A stretch of 63,525 nt of DNA, filler included, from Folioceros fuciformis (Eukaryota): the NCBI GenBank assembly GCA_049999805.1. It is 6 parts of 6 records of this genome, joined end to end, with 100 filler letters (N's around TTAATTAATTAA, not from the genome) between each part and the next. Parts side by side here need not be neighbours in the genome. Positions count along the whole stretch, not along the records: positions 43,560 to 52,889 come from JBNGIO010005612.1; positions 52,990 to 56,938 come from JBNGIO010005614.1; positions 57,039 to 63,525 come from JBNGIO010005615.1; 3 more parts are not named here. One strand, given 5' to 3'. Every line of letters starts with the position of its first letter. Position 1 is the stretch's first letter. The position numbers and the translations under genes are program-made. This document shows positions 50,201 through 61,000 of this stretch, piece after piece. The notes beneath the pieces are model-generated. The model saw only the letters and a list, made by a program, of their open reading frames with translations, did no database searches and was not told where the DNA came from.

Positions 50201-52889
50201 TTGGTACGTAGAGAACATGATCCAAGTGAAGCGTTGAGCCATCTTTGAGTCAGAAAGTGCAGGATCCTGTGCCGAAGATCTTTAAACCTGTACGGGTAAG
50301 CTCATCTCCCAACCGAACTTTCTCATGAGTACGTGCTGGAGTAAAATTGCTAAGCAGGTTTCTGTTGTGACATAAATGAGAAGTGGCGCCCGAATCTAAA
50401 TACCAAGAGTCTGGCTCACAAACAGAGGTAGAATGGCAGACGGTCATCACTACAAGCTGCTTGCTGGAAGAAGAGGCCTGTGAGGACTTGTCCTTGGAAA
50501 CTGAGTGTGCCTCAACCGCCTTCTGGGTCTTCTCGGCCTTTTTCGGTTCTCCATTTTTCTTCTTCTTGCACTCGCGTTCCCAATGTCCTTGAATCCCACA
50601 CCAATTGCAGGACCCGGTTCTCTTGCTTGGCACTGGCTTGGAAGCTCCAACACCAGGTGAGTTTTTAGCTTTCCCTTGTTGTTTATTTTTATTTGAGTAC
50701 ATGACCTTATCAGCTTTTGTTCGTCCATGCGTGTGTGAGCCTCAACTTTGCTCTTCTTGCAGTAAGGCTCCAACTACCTCTGTAAAGGAAATAGTGCGTG
50801 CATGTCCTAGAGCTCCAGCCTGCAAAGCAGCACTGAGAGCAACACCATAGCTGGAAACAAAAGGCTGGTAACTCAGGGGAAGACTGGTGAGAAGTTGTGC
50901 TACGGAATCAACCTCGTCCAATTGTGAGCCTAGTGAGATCAGTTGTGATCTTAAATGCCTGAATTTGGCCACAAAGGTACCGACCTTCTCTCCTTCTTTC
51001 ATCCATAACGAAAAGAGTTCTCCTCGTACTGTAAAGATTGTCAAGATAGAGTACATACCCACAGATCTGAACCTAGCTGATATGCTTACCAAGGCGCTGC
51101 CCAAATCTAAGCACAGCTTCTTCCTTGAGGAAATGGGACTCACATACTATCTTAGCATTCTTCCATCATAGCGCTAGGCATCTCAGGGTATGCTGCAATT
51201 ATGCGCAACAGGTACTCACGGATGAACCATCACCTTCAGCTTCTAATCGCGATTCCTGCTGCTACTCTGGTAATGGGACTCTTGCTGATGTTGCCAATCT
51301 GTCCGCCACCTGGGCTCGTCTTCTCTTCGTACTGTACAGAGTGTGATGATATTTCTCACATCATACGTCTGTGATAATTGTCTCCAGATGTCCTCCGCCT
51401 TAAGTCGGTACGCCACATCAGGAACAAGCACCTCATCTAACCCACTGATGAGAAGGGCACGAGCAACATTATTGATGTTGGCCCACCTGTCCTTGTCATC
51501 CTGTGTGGCGTTGATGGGAGGTTCGGGTATCTGTCCAGTAACAACCATCCAAACGTGTCTGGCCTCAAGTGCTGCACGCATCCGGACACTCCAAACCGGG
51601 TATTTGGTTCCGTTAAACCTATCACGTTCTTTGAATTCTATAGTGTACGCAGGTTGATAAATGTGTGCTGGTGCAGCTTGAGCTCCAGGAACAAGTGGAT
51701 TCTATGGTTGTACGGGGGGGAGGGTTTGGAGGTGGGTTTGGAGGTGGGTTAGGTGGAGCTGGTGGTGGATTAGGTGGTGGATTAGGTGGTTGAGTAGGTG
51801 GTGTTGGTGGGTATCCGCCAAGGCCACCTAAACCACCGTAGCCTCCACCGAGACCAGCGTACCAGTTCACTCCTCTGAGAGCTCCTAGACCAGGATAAAA
51901 TCCCGCATAGGGATTAGGAAAGACTCCACCACTTCCAGCATAGGGATTTGGATTGGGGAAGACTCCTCCAGTTGCAGCAGCTCTGCTAGGAGTGGTATTT
52001 GCCGTTGCCTGACCTGCAGCCGCTCTCCTTGGGATAGAAGAGCCTGTAGTCTGGGTTGCGACCCCAGTAGCCTGAGATGCGGTGCCTGTTGCCAGAGGAC
52101 TGCTATTGCTCGTGATCGGTGCAGAGCTCCCGTTACCTCCTGCACTCGTTGCAAAGGAATCGGAGCCATTTGCATCACCCGAGTCGTCCCCAGTCCCGGA
52201 GCCGAACAGGAAGCCGCCAGAGCTCATGGCGCCAGATGGATCGTTGACTTAGTGGGAAGATCAGAGGCGACGGAAGTTGGTCATGCCGTTAGAGGTGAGT
52301 GGGGGCAGATGAAATTGTGAAGCGTCGCAGGAATTCAACGGCCACAGGAAACGGCAGTTAGGGGTATGAGATGTTCCGGCCCCTAGCTAATTCACCGATT
52401 CAGCCTTGCTTGGAAAATGCCTTCCACATTGTAACCTGCCAGAGAGGCGTGAGCAATGAATCGCACCTCTTCACATCTCTCCTTTTTGCAGCTTGCACTC
52501 CAGCGATGATGGTTGCTGGATGTCACAACCAGGCGTGCGCTTCGAAGCAGAGATTGATGAAGAATTGATCCAAGGTCATGGGCTCGACGTTGAATCCTGA
52601 GATTATTCCCCGGAAGAAGACGCTCCAAAATTGAGATGAGTCTTTCGTTTCGGTTGATAAGGTTCCGCACTTGAATTTGCAGAGTTCTGATGTCGGCTGG
52701 TTGCAGAGTGACTTCTCCACAGATGGCTGAGAAGAAATCGTCGGTGCAGGAAAAAACAAGGTGGCTGGTCTCCTGTCAGTTGGACTCCTGTCGACGAGAT
52801 CTCTCAGGCTATCGAGGTGACTCATAGTTACGATTCTGATGTTGTTGGTTCCTTGCACGATGAAGATTTCGAGAACTAATAAAAGGTGT
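47216..52889 (-). mobile_element. Degenerate Ty1/copia element with most of RT deleted
   Basis: 3' LTR 47216-47368 (TGTTAGA..TCTCAACA on plus) with an adjacent PPT. RNase H GYADADWA, SSTEAEY, HARTKHIEIQHHFVR; integrase 48975-49970 (LRSDNSTEF, QQNGVAERRN); protease WYLDSGATSH; knuckle CNWCGIQGHWEREC; Gly/Pro-rich gag N-terminus from 52227. Confidence 0.93.
51034..51329 (+). repeat. Inverted copy of the element's own RNase H/3'UTR segment (about 47655-47950) inserted into gag
   Basis: Encodes the same KIVKIEYIPTDLNLA..YYLSILPS on the opposite strand; flanked by duplicated TCGTACTGTA (51024-51033, 51327-51336). Confidence 0.9.
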
Positions 52890-52989
52890 NNNNNNNNNNN
52901 NNNNNNNNNNNNNNNNNNNNNNNNNNNNNNNNNTTAATTAATTAANNNNNNNNNNNNNNNNNNNNNNNNNNNNNNNNNNNNNNNNNNNN
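52890..52989. other. Artificial assembly linker
   Basis: N44-TTAATTAATTAA-N44. Confidence 0.97.
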
Positions 52990-55900
52990 CAAACCTCCAT
53001 CTCTATCTATTAGGGTTAGCCTCAGTCAACCACCCAGAAATCTCTCTCTAACCTAAGCCACCCCTAATTCTGACCTAAACCTAACTCTGACCTAACCCTA
53101 ACTTTGACCCAAACCTAGTTCTGACCTAATAGGGGTTGTGTCCCATGGACACCACTGGGTGCCCTTACCAAAATTGACCAACCTCTCAAGACTACCAAAA
53201 TGGTCAGTGCCTCTCAACACTCTCCCTCCTCTCTCAAATCATTCCATCCCTTCTCTCAGATCATTCCAGCAACCCTTCAAAGACGCGTCTCGCCTCACCA
53301 TTAATCTAGCTACTAATCTAATCTAATCTTTTAACCATTTCACCACAGGGTTCACTTAGAGATTCCCAAAATGAGAAATCCTACCATTTTCCAAGGACCT
53401 ATTCAGCGTGTGGAGTCCACATACTCCCCTTCTCATTTGTTGGCGTCCTCGCCAACTACTGATAATATTTCTTCACCCGCCAGCCATTAACCCTAGTTGG
53501 CAAGTTAGGGCCGTTGAGGTGCTGCAGTTGAATGGACCCATTCTCATACACTTCCAGCACCCTGTAAGGTCCCATCCATCTCAAGTGCAGCTTACCTGGA
53601 AAGTGCATGTACCTATTGTCATATATCAAGGCTAAATCTCCAGGCACAACATACTCTTGTTTACGCAACTTCTGGTCGTGCCACTTCTTCCTCCTCTCCT
53701 GAACATCAAGGAAAACAGCCAAGGCCCGTTCCCTATCCTCATCATGCTGCACAAAACTTGTTAGCCTCTCCAGCTGGCTCTCCTCCACGGGCAATCGATT
53801 GCTCTCCTGCATTCTGAAGGTAGGTACCTCAAATTCGATGGGCATGATCGGTGAGTGTCCATAGGTGAGGTAATAAGGGGTCTGCTGGGTAGTAACCTTC
53901 TAAGCAGTCAGTCCTATACGCCCACAATGCTGAATGGAGCTTCCTATCCCAATCATGAGCATAGGTGACGGTGAGCTTGCCGAGAATCTTGTACAACAGC
54001 CCATTAGCCTTCTCCGTGAGTCCATTGGCCTTAGGGTTGTAGGGAGTGGTCTTCCTATGACTGATATTGAAATATTCAGTCATGTGCTTGACTACTTCAT
54101 TGATGAAGTGAGTCCCCCTATCACTCACCAGCTCCAACGGGCACCCATACCTTGTGATGATTTGCTCAAACAAAAATCGGGCCACCACATTTGCTATGGC
54201 CACGGGCAAAGCTTGGGCCTCCACCATGCGTGTGCAGTAGTCAGTTGCCACCAGGATGTATTGGTTCTGCCTTCCCTTAGACTTGGGCTGAATTGGTCCT
54301 ACAAAATCAATCCCCCACTTCTCAAATGGTGCTAGGGCTAGGATGGGGACCAATGGCCATTGTGTGGTCCTAGTAGGCTTCCCCACCCTTTGGCATGCAT
54401 CACACCTCTTGATGAATTCTCCAGCATCAGCATGCATTGTTGGCCACCAATACCCTGCTGCCAAAATTTTTCTACAGGTCACATAGGGGAACTGTGGCCC
54501 CTTGGTGGTTCTTGGGTGCAAGTTTCACTCCACAGTCTCCTCGCTCCCTGCCAGTGGAAGCAGGATCACAGGATGGTGTTGCTGCTGGTGGAAGGGGACT
54601 CTGAAGAGTATCTTTGTCCAATATCCATTTGATGCAGAATCTCTGTGAGGTGTTCCACGTCATGGCCGATCCTTGCAATCTTTGTGTCGATGCAGATTTG
54701 CATGCGAGCAACGCCGTCTCGTAGAATGTGTTGATTTCTTTCAATCTTGCCAAGAGCAGACTCCAAATGATCTTCAACAATTTTTCTTTCTTCCAGGCAC
54801 CTGATTGTGCAGTCGTAGATTGGATGGTCCTTCAGGCCAAGGACTGACTGCAAATGGTTATCTGCTTCAGGAGCAAAGACAGGTGTCTTGGCAGAATTTG
54901 TGAAGAGCGAATGCACAGGGATGTTGCGGGTAGGTGGCTGATAGCACAATCCAGGGTTCTGATTTCTAGCGTAGCACCTAGCACGATACAAGGAGTCTAC
55001 TTGAGAATTTCTCTGTTGTAACCTTGCAACACGTGCTCGTGCACTAGGGGGTCCTGAATTCCTACCAACAAATTGCCTAAGGCACAATTCAGGGTAGTTT
55101 GCCTCATAGAGATCTAGAACTTCGTCAGCAGGAGTAGGCCTGTAAAATCTGGGTGGGTGTGTCACAGCCACTCGTCGGCCACTTCTGTTTTGGCGATGAT
55201 CTCCACAGGATCTACCCTGTCCTGGCATTATGAATTAAGGAGTCTAAGCATTTGCTTAGCTCTGATACCATGTGTAATTTACGCAAAGAGCTAGCGTGTT
55301 TGCCTCAACTATGTTTTTCTCTACATTAAAAAATAATGAAATACAAAATGTCACTTCAAGTGTTTATTTTCATGCACCTCTTCAACTATGCAACCCTTCA
55401 CATATTTAGCCCTAATATGAATAACCAGCAACTAAGCGAGTAACCCTAACGATATACCCTGTATGTAAGGGCCTTAACTCGTCACACTCCTCATAATTGA
55501 GGGCTGCCCTTATAGCCCTGTCCACATCTTTTTCTGCGAACAATTTCACATGGCCCCCCATCCTCGATCCTAAGCCTCCAGCGAACCACCTAATGGCTTG
55601 TAAGTCTGAATGAGGTCCACAGCGATCCTGCAGGCTGTGGAACCTCTCCACATAGGCCTCCAAGGTCTCCTTCCTCCTCCTCCTCAAGGCCTCCAGCTTG
55701 GACAGCACATAGCCCTCTACGTCTATCCCCCTGAACCATTCACAAAAGGCCCTCTTCAACACATCAAAAGTTGCTGGAAATGTGCCAACCTTGAGGTACT
55801 CTCTCCTGTACCACTTGGCAGGCCCTCCACGTAGTACACCATAGAACAATTGGATGCGCTGTGCATCCGCTGATTCTTGGTTAGCAAGGGTCAGCTGCTC

Positions 55901-56938
55901 AAACCTCTCCACAAATTCATCCGGGTCCTCATACCCCTTCTTCTCCCCATACAAGGGGTACAATTGCTTGGTGGACATTGCAACAGCTGGGGCCGCCATG
56001 GTGCCTGCACTCACCACTGCAGTTGCGGATCCAGCAGCTCCAACAACTGGAGTTGGGCTGATGTTGCTGAATCCTTCAGCCCCTGCACTCCTAATCACAT
56101 GCACCCGTCTAGGATGAAGACCAAGGAGCTGACTTGGATTAGGTTGCCTTGGATTAGGCCTCCCCCCAATAGCTGAAAGTTGAGGGTCTTGTTCCAACGT
56201 GATTGATTCCCCCAAGATCTGCTGGTTGCTTGCCCCTCTCCTCCTCCTCTCTAGTGTATGCCCTGGCTGTGCCCTCCTTAGCTCCCTCTCCACTGCTCTT
56301 TGCTCACGCTCCAATACTTGCTGCTGCCTCCTTACTTGAGCTTGAGCTCCCCCTTCAAAGCTAGAGTTCAAATCTTCAGCTCCTATGCGGGGCATCCATC
56401 AACCCTGCCACATTCCCTTGTACAGTCCCCTATCTAGGTCAGTCCTCTCCAAACCTTGACAGCAATGTCACTCCCCGGCAACGGCGCCAAAATGTGGAGT
56501 GATTTCTTGCACACCCAAGAACCACCAAGGGGCCACACTTCCCCTTATTATCGTTGCAGTCTTATGATTCGCTCCCAAGGGAGTGAACTAATGTCAAGGT
56601 TACCTACATCCCCCTAATCTCACCCTATCTATCAGCATATACCAAGTGCCACAGCAATAGATCAGAATTCTCGGTCCTGTCTTCGGCTCCTACCACAACA
56701 CCAACCCCAGCCTCAACAAAATGAGAACTCCAGCATTATCTTCAACCCTCGTTTCCAGCTCCAAGTATCAATAACTTCAGTGCTGAGAGGAGGCTCCAGC
56801 CCCAAGTCTGGCCTCCAACTCTCAACACCTAGTGCTAGCTACCTCCGCAGTTGAACGAGAACCTCAACTTCAGCTAGCTCCTCACTCCAGGTTCAACACT
56901 TCATTCCACCACTTCAGCACTTCACCCCAGCATTTCAG
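52990..56938 (-). mobile_element. Athila-like Ty3/gypsy element, internally deleted (gag and integrase; no protease, RT or RNase H)
   Basis: PBS TGGCGCCGTTGCCGGGGA at 56472-56489 beside an LTR end at 56493. Retrotransposon gag 55487-56395. Integrase 53456-54480 (GYWWPTM, CDACQR, PFEKWGIDFVGP, SDRGTHF, KLHLRWMGPY, RVNGWRVKKY). PPT GGGGAGTA next to the LTR edge at 53421. Confidence 0.9.
54480..55486 (-). mobile_element. Nested 5' fragment of another LTR element (216-bp LTR, iMet PBS, unknown leader ORF)
   Basis: LTR TGTGAC..TACACA at 55486-55271 on minus interrupts the Athila-like gag; PBS TGGTATCAGAGC at 55259-55270; ORF 54566-55228 has no motif I recognise. Confidence 0.7.
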
Positions 56939-57038
56939 NNNNNNNNNNNNNNNNNNNNNNNNNNNNNNNNNNNNNNNNNNNNTTAATTAATTAANNNNNN
57001 NNNNNNNNNNNNNNNNNNNNNNNNNNNNNNNNNNNNNN
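56939..57038. other. Artificial assembly linker
   Basis: N44-TTAATTAATTAA-N44. Confidence 0.97.
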
Positions 57039-57217
57039 CTACTTCGCATTTTCCACGGTCACGAGTTAGCTAGACCGCTATCTTCTATCATCCTATCTTA
57101 TCTAGCCCTCTCTAACATAGTCCTAATTATCTCTCCAAGGAATTCTATCAAAATTCCAAAAAAAAAAAACAAATACTACCCATTTCTAAGACACCTATCT
57201 ACCATGTGGTCTCCACA
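57039..57217 (-). mobile_element. LTR terminus related to 52990-53421
   Basis: CTACCATTTCTAAGACACCTATCTACCATGTGGTCTCCACA resembles CTACCATTTTCCAAGGACCTATTCAGCGTGTGGAGTCCACA. Confidence 0.6.
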
Positions 57218-57890
57218 CCGCCTTAGCATGCTTACTAGTCACCACCAAATCCATGAAACTTCTCAGATAAAACTTGTAAGCATCTCCACACAACAAGTTC
57301 CCTAGCAAAGTAAATTCATATCTAGGATCTAATTCAATGTCCTCACCTCCACACTCTTGCAACTTAATCATATAAAACATGCACATTAACTGATTAATAG
57401 ACACCGATGACTTGGGATGCCCTGAATCTTCTCACTTTCCACAGGTAATACCACTCCACCTCCGCCCTTCCTTTCCAATCCAAAAGTTTTCTCGGTCGAC
57501 AAGCTCAACATTTGGCTTTTTAGTCTTCTCATCAACTTTCCCACGTCATTTATTTCTCCTGGCTGTCCTTACACTTCCATAGGCTCCACGGTCCGGTTTT
57601 GTGCATCCATAACAAATTCTTTATCTTTGATCACAAACCCTCTTTCCTTGCATAAATGCCTCCACTCCTCTTCAGACAGTTGTAGTCTCCTTTCTCTTGG
57701 TTCTACTCCTTCATATGTTTTATGCCTCTTATTTGTATCCCCATCGAGATTTGTATTTCCAACTTCTCCCTCCATCTCTGTACCCAAAACACTCGCCCTA
57801 TGCGAATTTCCTCCTTCCCCATCCAATGCATTGCCTGAGATGTAACTCCCCCCTGTCGTGCTCCCGGTATCAGCTGTTGTGAGCACTTCA
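57218..57890 (-). pseudogene. Possible decayed gag-like fragment
   Basis: Acidic/basic low-complexity N-terminus, then FTLLGNLLCGDAYKFY, similar to the gag LxGxAxxW/F helix. Confidence 0.35.
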
Positions 57891-58013
57891 ATTCAGTCCA
57901 TCAGCTGCAAGGCTAATGTCTTGTGCACTCAGAAAAAGAGAACAAAAAGATTGTCCATGCCTTCCCCCCCCAGCTGATGGACGGGCTGAAAGCATGAAAG
58001 AGCACGACAAGAG

Positions 58014-61000
58014 CTACACTCCTAGGCTGGTCACACCTGCTGTGTCCGGTTGGCACTTGGGACAATACCAAAGTTGCTCCGGTACATGGGTAAGTGGTGG
58101 CTGTAAGCAGAAAAGGTGGAAACCCCCATTGCAGCCATCACAAAGTAACATGAGGTCAGCATCATCTGTGCGTTGACAAACCTGACAAGGATAGTCCGTT
58201 GGTGGAATCCAATCTGCTGTGACAATAGAAGGATCAAGATTGGGCAAGTGGCAAGGTGCGCAATTCTTGGTGTGGTCAGTGGTGATCCGACCATCTGAGC
58301 CTTGCAATACCAGGATGCCATTAGGCTTGACCTCCTGAATCCGCAACACATGCCGACTGCTGGAAGTGTCCAGGGTATCTGAGGTCTGCCTCTGCAGGTA
58401 AACAAAGTCTCCTACCTGGAACTTCCTGAGCTTGGGCCTAAAACTGCCTCCCCTAGTGTGTGCATAACGAAGGGTATCCCTATGCTGGGCAATGTGCAAG
58501 TTAGCCATTGCCATGGGCATGGCCTGTTTGAACAAGGCTGCCCTGTTACCTATCACACGTGCCCATGTAGCTGCATCATCCAGCTTGACAACTTCTAGCA
58601 TTTGTTTGGCTATAGAACTAGGTGGAATTGGTTCTCTGCCAAACAAGAGGAAGTAAGGGGAAAAATGGGCAAGGGCAGCATGCTTGCTCATGCGGTAACC
58701 CATTGCAATATATGGAAGCAAGAGATCCCAATCTGTTTTGGGTTCTCGGAGACACAGCTTGCGAAGCCCCTTCTTCATAGTCTGGACCATGCGCTCGGCT
58801 AAGCCATCAGCCTGCGGGTGGTCCCGGCTAGTTCTCCTGTGGTCAATAAGGGCTGCATCCATTAGATCCTGGAATTCTCCTCGAAACTCAGAACCCTGAT
58901 CTGTGAGACACTCTGCGCAGCCACCAAACCTACTGAGCACACATTGTAGGAAGGCTTGTGAGGTACTCCTAGAGGTCTTGTCTGGCAGGGCCACTACCTC
59001 CACCCACTTGCTGAAGTGTTCCATCATGATCATCGCATACAGGTTGCCTCGTGGAGACTGCGGGAGCTCACCCATCAGGTCGCATGACCATCTAAAGAAT
59101 AAACCCATGATGGGCAAAGGGTGCAGCTCTGGGTGCTGCATGGTGAAGGAAGCCTTGACACGGTCGCATTGCTCGCAACAGGCTACTCGTTCCTTCACTT
59201 GTTCATGCATTCGATTCCAGTAGAAATAGGGAGTCAACAGGCTGTAGGTGCGTTTGACCCCAAAATGACCCATGTCATCATGCACCCTTTTGATGAGGGC
59301 AGCACGATCTGCTGGTGGGGGTACCAATCGCTCCACTCCTTGAGCCTGTTGACGGATGAGATGTCCGTCCCGCCAACAATACTTGGTAGCCCGTTGGTGA
59401 ACTCGTTCCCTTGTGGCCGTGGTCCAAGTGGGGTCCTCTCTACCTGTCTGCACATACTGAAGGGTAGCTGGATCCTCCCAAATATCCTTGGAGGATTGCT
59501 GAGCTGCACCTACAGGCACCTGTCCCAAGCAAGTCATGGCCACCAGAGCCGATACGGCAAGCATTGTGCTGTACTCTTCATCTTGGCGAGCTCCAGTGGT
59601 ATCCACACAACTGCTGTCAGGATTTCGTGACAAGGTATCAGCATTCTGGTGCTTCACTCCTGGCCGATGTTCAACCTGGAATTCGTAATCTTGAAGGATC
59701 ATGGCCCAACGTGCGAGTTTGCCACTGAGCTTGGTGTTGGTCATCAGCCACTTGAGTGGTTGATGGTCTGTCACGAGTGTGAACTTCTGACCATATAAAT
59801 ATGGTCTGAAGTGGCACACTGCCCACACAGCAGCGAGGCATTCACCCTCGTAGCTGCTATAGTTGGCTTCAGCTCGATTGTTGCTACGCGAGGCGTAAGC
59901 AACCACACGCTCACAACCTGCTTCATCCTGTTGAGCCAACACAGCCCCTAGCCCTAGACTACTCCAATCTGTGTGAACTACAAAGGGCTTGTTAAAATTG
60001 GGTCTGGCCAACATTGGTGCAACTGTTAGCTCCAGCTTTAAGGTGTCAAAAGCTTGTTGTGCCTGCTCTGCCCATGTCCACTCTACATCCTTGCGCAGCA
60101 GATCATTAAGAGGCTTGGCAATCCTGCTGAAATTGGGTATGTATACTCGATAGTAATTGCATAACCCTAGAAATGAACGCAGGGCTGATACGGTGGTCGG
60201 TTCCTTAACCTGCATAATTGCCTGAACCTTGGCAGCATGTGGGGTGACACCATTGGGGACAATTCTGTGACCCAAATACGCCACAGTGCTCATGCCAAAC
60301 TCACACTTGGCTGGGTGGCACGTGAGTTGTGCCTTCCGTAATCTTATAAACAGGTCTTCCAGGTGTACCAAATGATCCTTGAAGTCCATGCTGTGGACTA
60401 GCACATCATCAATGTAGCACATGAGATAGCCGGCTCCAGCTAGTACTATGTCCATGATGCGCTGAAAGGTCACTGGCGCATTCTTGAATCCAAAGGGCAT
60501 CACTAGCCATTCCCATAGCTGTTGAGAACCATGGAAGGCTGTCTTCTTGATATCTTCAGCTGCCACTGGGACCTGGTTAAACCCTTGTCGCAGGTCCAGC
60601 GTGGAGAAGAACATAGACTGTCCAAGACGGCCAAAGATCTCCTCTGGTGTTGGCATTGGGTACCGATCTTGGGCAGTTACTGCATTGATGGGCCTATAGT
60701 CGCCACACATCCTCTTCTCAGTCCACAAACCCTGACTGTCCTTTTTGGGTGGCATCACGGTGGCAGCAGCGTAGTCACTGTTAGAGGGACGTATTAGGTT
60801 CGCCTCATACAGCTCCTTGCATCTTGCATCCACCATGTCCCATTCCGTCTTGCTCAGCCTATACCGTCGCCTGTATACAGGCTCTTGGGTGGTAAGGTTG
60901 ATGCGAAAGGTTGTGACATTGCACCTCTTGAGCTCATGCATGGAAAAGGCAAAACAGTCCCTGTACCTAAGCAGCAAGTTATGAATGCGGTCCTGTTGCT

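Noticed and set aside
56493-57217. A single continuous LTR spanning the linker
   Set aside because: The ends are compatible, but 57039-57217 is too diverged from 52990-53421 to be confidently the same element, and the join is artificial.
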